Below the pieces are notes generated by a model. That model had not been told where the DNA came from and did no database searches. It was given only the letters and a program-made list of their open reading frames with translations. The position numbers and the translations under genes are program-made. A stretch of 64,000 nt of DNA from Malacoraja senta. Taxonomy: Eukaryota. The stretch covers positions 62,001-126,000 of the forward strand of contig JAXLNO010001541.1 of the NCBI GenBank assembly GCA_038087875.1, written 5' to 3'. Positions 58,286-64,000 of the stretch are shown here, piece after piece (within the stretch, counting starts at the first letter, position 1; each line of letters begins with the position of its first letter).

Positions 58286-60869
58286 AACCCAATCCATGGC
58301 TTTTAAAGATAGAAAGACTGACATTTTCATAGCTGAATCACATCCCTTTCAGTATATTTTTAAGGTGGAGAGTGACAGATACTTGATGGGTAGGGCTATC
58401 AAGAGTTATGGGGAGAAGGCAGGAGAATGGTGTTGAGAGGGAAGGATAGATCAGCCATGATCGAATGGTGCAGTAGACTCGATGGGCTGAATGGCCTAAT
58501 CCTGCTCCTTGAGCTTATGAATAATGTCTCTGAGCATCAGAGGCTCCTGAGGAAAAAGACAGTGCTGGAGTAACTCAGTGGTCGGGTGGCATCCCTGGAG
58601 AGCATGGATAGGTGGCGTTTCGGGTCTGGAACCCTTTATCAGACTGATTGCGGGTGTTGGAGGAAGGAAACCAGAAGAGTGGAGGGGCAGGACAAAGCAT
58701 GGTAGGTCAGAGGTGAACACAGGCGAGGCAGGTTAGTGATGGGCAGATGGTTGGACAAAGGCCAGAGATGAACACGTACAAGGAGCAAAGTAAAAGAATT
58801 AGTGAGTTGTGAATTGTGAAGCTAGAGGATTGATGAGGTTCGAGTTGTGTAGGAATGAAGGGAGAGGGGAGAGATGGGTGCAAGATCGGCTCAGGGGAGG
58901 GGGGAGGTTTATAGGGGAGGGGATGCATGCGATGGGTTGAATGGGCAGGGGTTCAGCAGAAATACTATCTGAATCTTGCTATTGTCAGGGGGTGGTGAAG
59001 CTGTGCAATTCATTGCCACAGGAGGCTGTGAGGTCCAAGTCATTGGATATTTTTAAGGGAGAGGTAGATCGATTCTTGTTTAGCCAGGTGACAGAGGTTA
59101 TGGAGGTGAGGTTATGAGGGAGAGTTAGATCAGCCATGATTAAACGTGGAGTAGACATGATGGGCCGAATGACCTAATTTTACTTCGGAGTCACGTGAAG
59201 AACCCTGCCAGTGCGCCTGCGCGTCATTATGTCAGACGCCTTGACGCAAACGGACGTGAGGAGCAGAGCTCCTCCAGTGGTTTGTAGTTTTTCAACTACA
59301 AGGTAAGTAAAAACTTGTTTTGTGTTTTCCAGGTCCGTTTACTGTGGGTCTATGGGGATTTTTTCCACAGACGCATGGGAAAAAACGGACAGGGGGAAGA
59401 GGCGAGCGACACAGCTGACAGAAAGTCGGGAAAGTCGGGAGTCCGCGGTTAGAGACCAACCACCTCTAAATCCCGGTACAGTCGCTAGCGGTGAGCATAG
59501 CGACTGTGGACCTGGGGCTGGTGAAAACACAGTCAGCGCCTGTTGGGCAAAAGACGAAGTTTAAATCCCAACGGCCCACGGAGGGAGTCCCAGGCAATGG
59601 AAGTAGCTCCAGGGCTAGATACTGCTTTCGAGCGTATTGCCCAAATAGAAAGCCTTTTACATAGGCTGTTGGAGCAAAGTTCACTCAGGGAGGAGTGTAC
59701 TGAAAGCCAAGCTGCTGGAAGCAGCTCAAACAGCTCCTGGTTAAGGGCTAGATACTGCTTTCGAGCGTATTGCCCAAATAGAAAGCCTTTTACATAGGCT
59801 GTTGGAGCAAAGTTCACTCAGGAAGGAGTGTACTGTAATCCAAGCTGCAGGAAGCAGCTTAAACAGCACCTGGCTCAGGGCTGATGGAATACACCCTCAG
59901 GAATGAGGAGCGTGCTACGGGTCATGAGATTTCAGACCCGACTCTGACGGTGAGGCTGTACAAGGCGATGAACGGCAGCTGCCAGATGTTCCACCCCTGG
60001 CAGTAGGATTCGCTGCCCCGTCAGGGTCAGGAGAGCCATTAGGAGAAGAACTGGCCTCCTTAATAAATTACTTGGTTTACCATCAGCTGGAACAGCAGCA
60101 GACGGATGAGACTGCAAGAAAGCAGGAGACCCCAAGTAACTGTGGGTTGCTGAAAGCAGAAGCAGTGAACCAAATTATCTGGAATAATTTGCAGAGAATA
60201 TTAAAGCTGCTGGGTTCTGGAATAACTGCTTTTACCAGAATAGCAGATAACAGCCAAGAGATGACGAAGTTGCATCAGGAAGCACTGGGGTTGCTATGGA
60301 GCACCCACTTCGAGATCAATTATCTGAGGAAGGTGCTATACGGCCTACTATAAATCCGAAATTCGCAGCACTCTGCAAACCAAGTAATATACAATTACCC
60401 AACTTACTCTTTGGAGAGGATCTCGGGAGACGTATTAAAGAGTTGGAAGATGAAGCGAAAACAGGATTGATAAAAACATCAATGGTTACAAAGTCTGTAA
60501 AGAGGAAGTATCCTTTCAGACGTCATACGGATCCTAGACCAGGACCAAGTCGCTCATCAACGCAGGGACGTAGCTGGCGGCCTGCAGCGGGAGTAAGAAC
60601 CAGTGGTGGTGCTTCCGGGAGAATCCAGGGATCTCAGAATACTCAAATGACTCAAGAGGTAGGTGGACCTGGTTCTCATGGGAACATACTAACTGGATTA
60701 AGTCCAAAAGTTGGAGGCAGATTACGTCTCTTCTATAAACATTGGAAGAAGATTACTTCAGATGTGGTAATTCTGAATAATATACAAAGATTTCGAATTG
60801 AATTCAATCCTAATTATGATTTGCCTGTCCAGCATGTTCCTAGCAGAACTCTCCACTTTGCGAAGTAAT

Positions 60870-61900
60870 GGAGGTTCAAGCTGCACTTCAAAACCCTATA
60901 TATAAAAGGTGTTTTTGAAGAATCAGTCTACCAAATTCACCAATTTGGGTCAAATATATTCCCTCGATCAAAAAAGGATGGAGGATGTAGGATGATTATA
61001 GACTTGACAAGTCTGAATCCTTTTGTTCAGTGTCTGTTCACTTGCAAGATATGAAGTATATTAAAATTTAAATGGATGAACCAATTAGGGCAGTTCAAAG
61101 CTCTGCCTAATGGGTTAACGTTCGCTCCCAGAATATTCATAAAATTGTTTAAATCAATTCTGGGGTTGCTGAGAGCCAGGGGCATGTACTAATGGCATAC
61201 CTGGATGATGTCCTGATTATAGGAAGGACAAAACAGTCAACAGAAGCATCAGTTGCAGTTATGAAATCAAACTTTTGAAAGTTTGGGGGTTTCTAAATTC
61301 ATCCAAAGAAATCAAGGTTAAAAACATGTACCTCAATTGATTATTTGGGGTTCACAATTGATTCAGCCCAAATGCAAATTACTTTGCCCAGTGAAAAAAG
61401 GGTGGAGTTGATTAAAGATTGCAGTAATCTGTTAAACGAGCAAAAACCTCTAATCAGACAGGTGGCTCGAGTACTGGGAAAATTAGTAGATTCCCAGCAG
61501 TCCAGTATGGACCATTACATTATCAACAGCTGCAGAGAAGAACAGGCACTGAGAATAAATGCTGCTCATTTTGATAGAACCATGCAAGTAACAACAAATG
61601 CTGTTTCTAATCTGCAGTGGTGGATTCTACATGTCTCAAGCAGTTCAGGCAAAGTGCTGATTGAACAACCTTCCATGATATTACAAACTGATGCCAGTGC
61701 ACTAGGATGGGGTGCAACTGACTTAACATCTAGCTACGGAGGCAGATGGAATCAGGAAGAGTTATTGTTACTGCAGACATGGGGAATTACCTATTTGGAG
61801 CTTTTAGGAGGTTTCTACGGACTCCAAGCTTGTGGTTCTAACACAACTAAAAGGAAGGTTCTAGTTAAAATTAATAAACACAACAGCAGTTGCCTATATT
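60870..61900 (+). pseudogene. DIRS reverse transcriptase / RNase H (frameshifted)
   Basis: PRSKKDGG.R.IIDL, F..LP.GL, AYLDD (~61195-61210), LQTDAS.LGWG, YLELL. Confidence 0.85.
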
Positions 61901-62012
61901 AATGATATGGGTGGAATTAAGTCGGTGTCATGTGACAAAATAGTTAAATCAACTTTGGTCTTGGTGTATTGAACAGAACATTTGGATTTCAGCTATCTAT
62001 CTACCAGATAGA

Positions 62013-62414
62013 ATGAACACGATAGCAGATACCAGGTCACGAAAGTTCCATGATAATAAAGAATGGATGTTGAATCAAGAGGTATTCAATGATATAGTAA
62101 TCAGATTTGGAATGCCCGACATCGACTTGAATCATCAGCTATCGAGATATGTCTCATGGAAACCAGATCCAGGAGCAGTGGCGATTGATGCTTTCTCGCT
62201 ACATTGGGGTGGTATGTTTTCATATATATTTCCACCTTTCTTCCCCATAAGCCAATGTTTGCTTAAAATCAGGCAAGATGCTGCTTCAAGGGTATTGGTA
62301 GTACCAGATTGGCCTACACAGCCATGGTATCCGTTGATATTAGAATTAACAACACAAATGTTGATGAAAATCCCAAAAAGGAGTAATTTATTGGTGCACC
62401 CTGTAACAGGGTAA
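62013..62414 (+). pseudogene. DIRS DNA N6-adenine methyltransferase-like domain
   Basis: PDIDL...YVSW...DAF...W...YIFPPF...LVVPDWPTQPWYP. Confidence 0.75.
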
Positions 62415-62449
62415 CAACATCCATTATATGATTGTTTGGATTTGTTGAT

Positions 62450-63429
62450 TTGCAGGTTTTAAGAATGCCTTTTCTGGGACGAGGACTGTCTGAGCATACT
62501 GTGGACATGCTTACGGCAGCCTGGAGGAAGAGCACTCAAAAACAGTAGCTGTCTTATATTAAGAAATGGGAAGAGTTCTGTGTACAAAAGAATGTGCAAT
62601 AAAGTACTGCAGATATTTCAAATGTTTAGAATTTCTGTCAAAACTTTATTATGATGAAGTTCTGAGTTGTAGTGCAATTAATTCAGCCAGAAGTGCATTA
62701 TCCTCATATTTGGTTCTGGAGTCAGAAAGAAACCCAATTGGGTCACACCCAATTGTTTCCAGACTAATGAAAGGAATCTTTAATTCCAAACCACCGAAAC
62801 CTAGGTACATGACAATCTGGGATGTAAGTGTGGTACTGAAACTACTTCGTGAATGGTCATCAAGTGTGTCTTTACCTTTGGCTAAGCTCAGTATGAAAGT
62901 ATTAATGCTTGTGGCATGAGTGACAGCACAACGAATACAAACACTTGGAAAATTACAAATAGACAGTATGGAAGTAACTGAAGTTAAGGTTACATTCTAT
63001 ATCTATGACCTACTAAAGCAAATTAGGCCAGGTGTGACAGGATTTCAAATTATACTAGCAGTATATCCAAATGATCCTTGTCTCTGTATTAAGACATATT
63101 TGTTACAATACATTGAGGTCACAAAGAATTTGAGAAATACGGAAACTGGGTTGTTGATCACACACAAGAAACCACACAAGAGAGTTTCAATACAGACTAT
63201 TTCCAGATGGATAAAAGAAGTCTTAATAGCTGCTGGTATTAACACTTATGTTTTTACGTCTCACTCGACTAGGGCAGCAGAAACGTCGGCGGACAGGGCA
63301 AAAGACGTCCCCATCGACCATATCCTCGCAGCCGCCGGGTGGTCCAATGAGTTGATGTTTCAACATTTTTACCATCGGCCTATTGTTAATGCGGGATTGT
63401 TTGCAGAAACTATTTTAAGTTCTGTGTAA
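62450..63429 (+). pseudogene. DIRS tyrosine recombinase (with stops)
   Basis: INSARSALS, HPIVSRLMKG, WDV..VL, HSTRAA...AAGW...F..FY catalytic motifs. Confidence 0.88.
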
Positions 63430-64000
63430 ATTCCTTTGGTTTAAAGGGGATCTGATTAATTTCATTATTGAAATGAATTACTGCATTAGTGGTACAAATG
63501 TTATTATGAATGCATGATTGATTATTTCTCGTTCCGAGTCAATCAATGCAGTGAGAAGCCGGGATTGATCCACGGCATGAAATCACAAAGCTTTAAAATC
63601 TTCACGTAGTCACTCACATGACTCCAAAGTAAAATAGTAAGATTAAACGAGAACTTACCTAAGTTTGAAGTTTGATCTTTATTTTATGAGGAGTTACGTA
63701 GGTGATTACGTGCCCGCCACGACCCTACCCTCTATCATAAAGTTCAGATGGAAGTTCTTGTATTACTCGTTTTATTATGAGACTATATTACTTCGGTTGT
63801 TGTTTTTTGTGGTTTCACACCGCTGCTTTGAAAATTGACGCGCAGGCGCACTGGCGGGGTTCTTCACGTAATCACCTACGTAACTCCTCATAAAATAAAG
63901 ATCAAACTTCAAACTTAGGTAAGTTCTCGTTTAATCTTACTATTCTGCTCCTATCCCTTATGAACTCGTACCTTGTAGCCTGATTGATGGGTACAAAAGA

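Larger units (their letters stand above)
59178..63944 (+). mobile_element. DIRS1-like tyrosine-recombinase retrotransposon; structurally complete, coding-degenerate
   Basis: Inverted termini (CGTGAAGAACCCTGCCAGTGCGCCTGCGCGTCA at left; its reverse complement with 1 mismatch at 63836-63868), internal complementary region 63614-63712 pairing with both outer termini, and gag-RT/RH-MT-YR gene order. Confidence 0.93.

Overview
Cartilaginous-fish genomic DNA, most likely a skate (inferred from the IgW/IgX-like V and secretory-tail sequences and the repeat families). Positions ~1.9-31 kb hold one immunoglobulin heavy-chain cluster of the IgW (IgX) class on the minus strand. In order it has a TATA box, leader, an intact VH with a perfect 22-bp-spacer RSS, and a single J-like segment only ~350 bp downstream with a 12-bp-spacer RSS and no free D segments; this looks like a germline pre-joined VD-DJ gene. 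Then come CH1, CH2, the Cys-rich short secretory tail and an expanded run of constant exons: CH3, CH4, a truncated CH5, three tandem ~2.05-kb copies of a diverged CH3'-CH4' pair, and an intact CH5'. Eleven intact, phase-1, frame-preserving C exons lie in the window; CH6 and the TM exons are not in it and presumably lie beyond position 1. The J-CH1 intron holds a WGCW/GAGCT/GGGGT-rich tandem array resembling a switch region. The rest is mostly transposon-derived: a near full-length CR1 nested in an older CR1, many CR1 and Rex1-like fragments, SINEs, Harbinger, Tigger and hAT-like non-autonomous elements, a structurally complete but degenerate DIRS1 retrotransposon (59.2-63.9 kb), low-complexity tracts and one assembly gap. 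Exon, RSS and element-terminus coordinates were read by hand; fragment boundaries are approximate. Family assignments come from motif recognition, not database searches.
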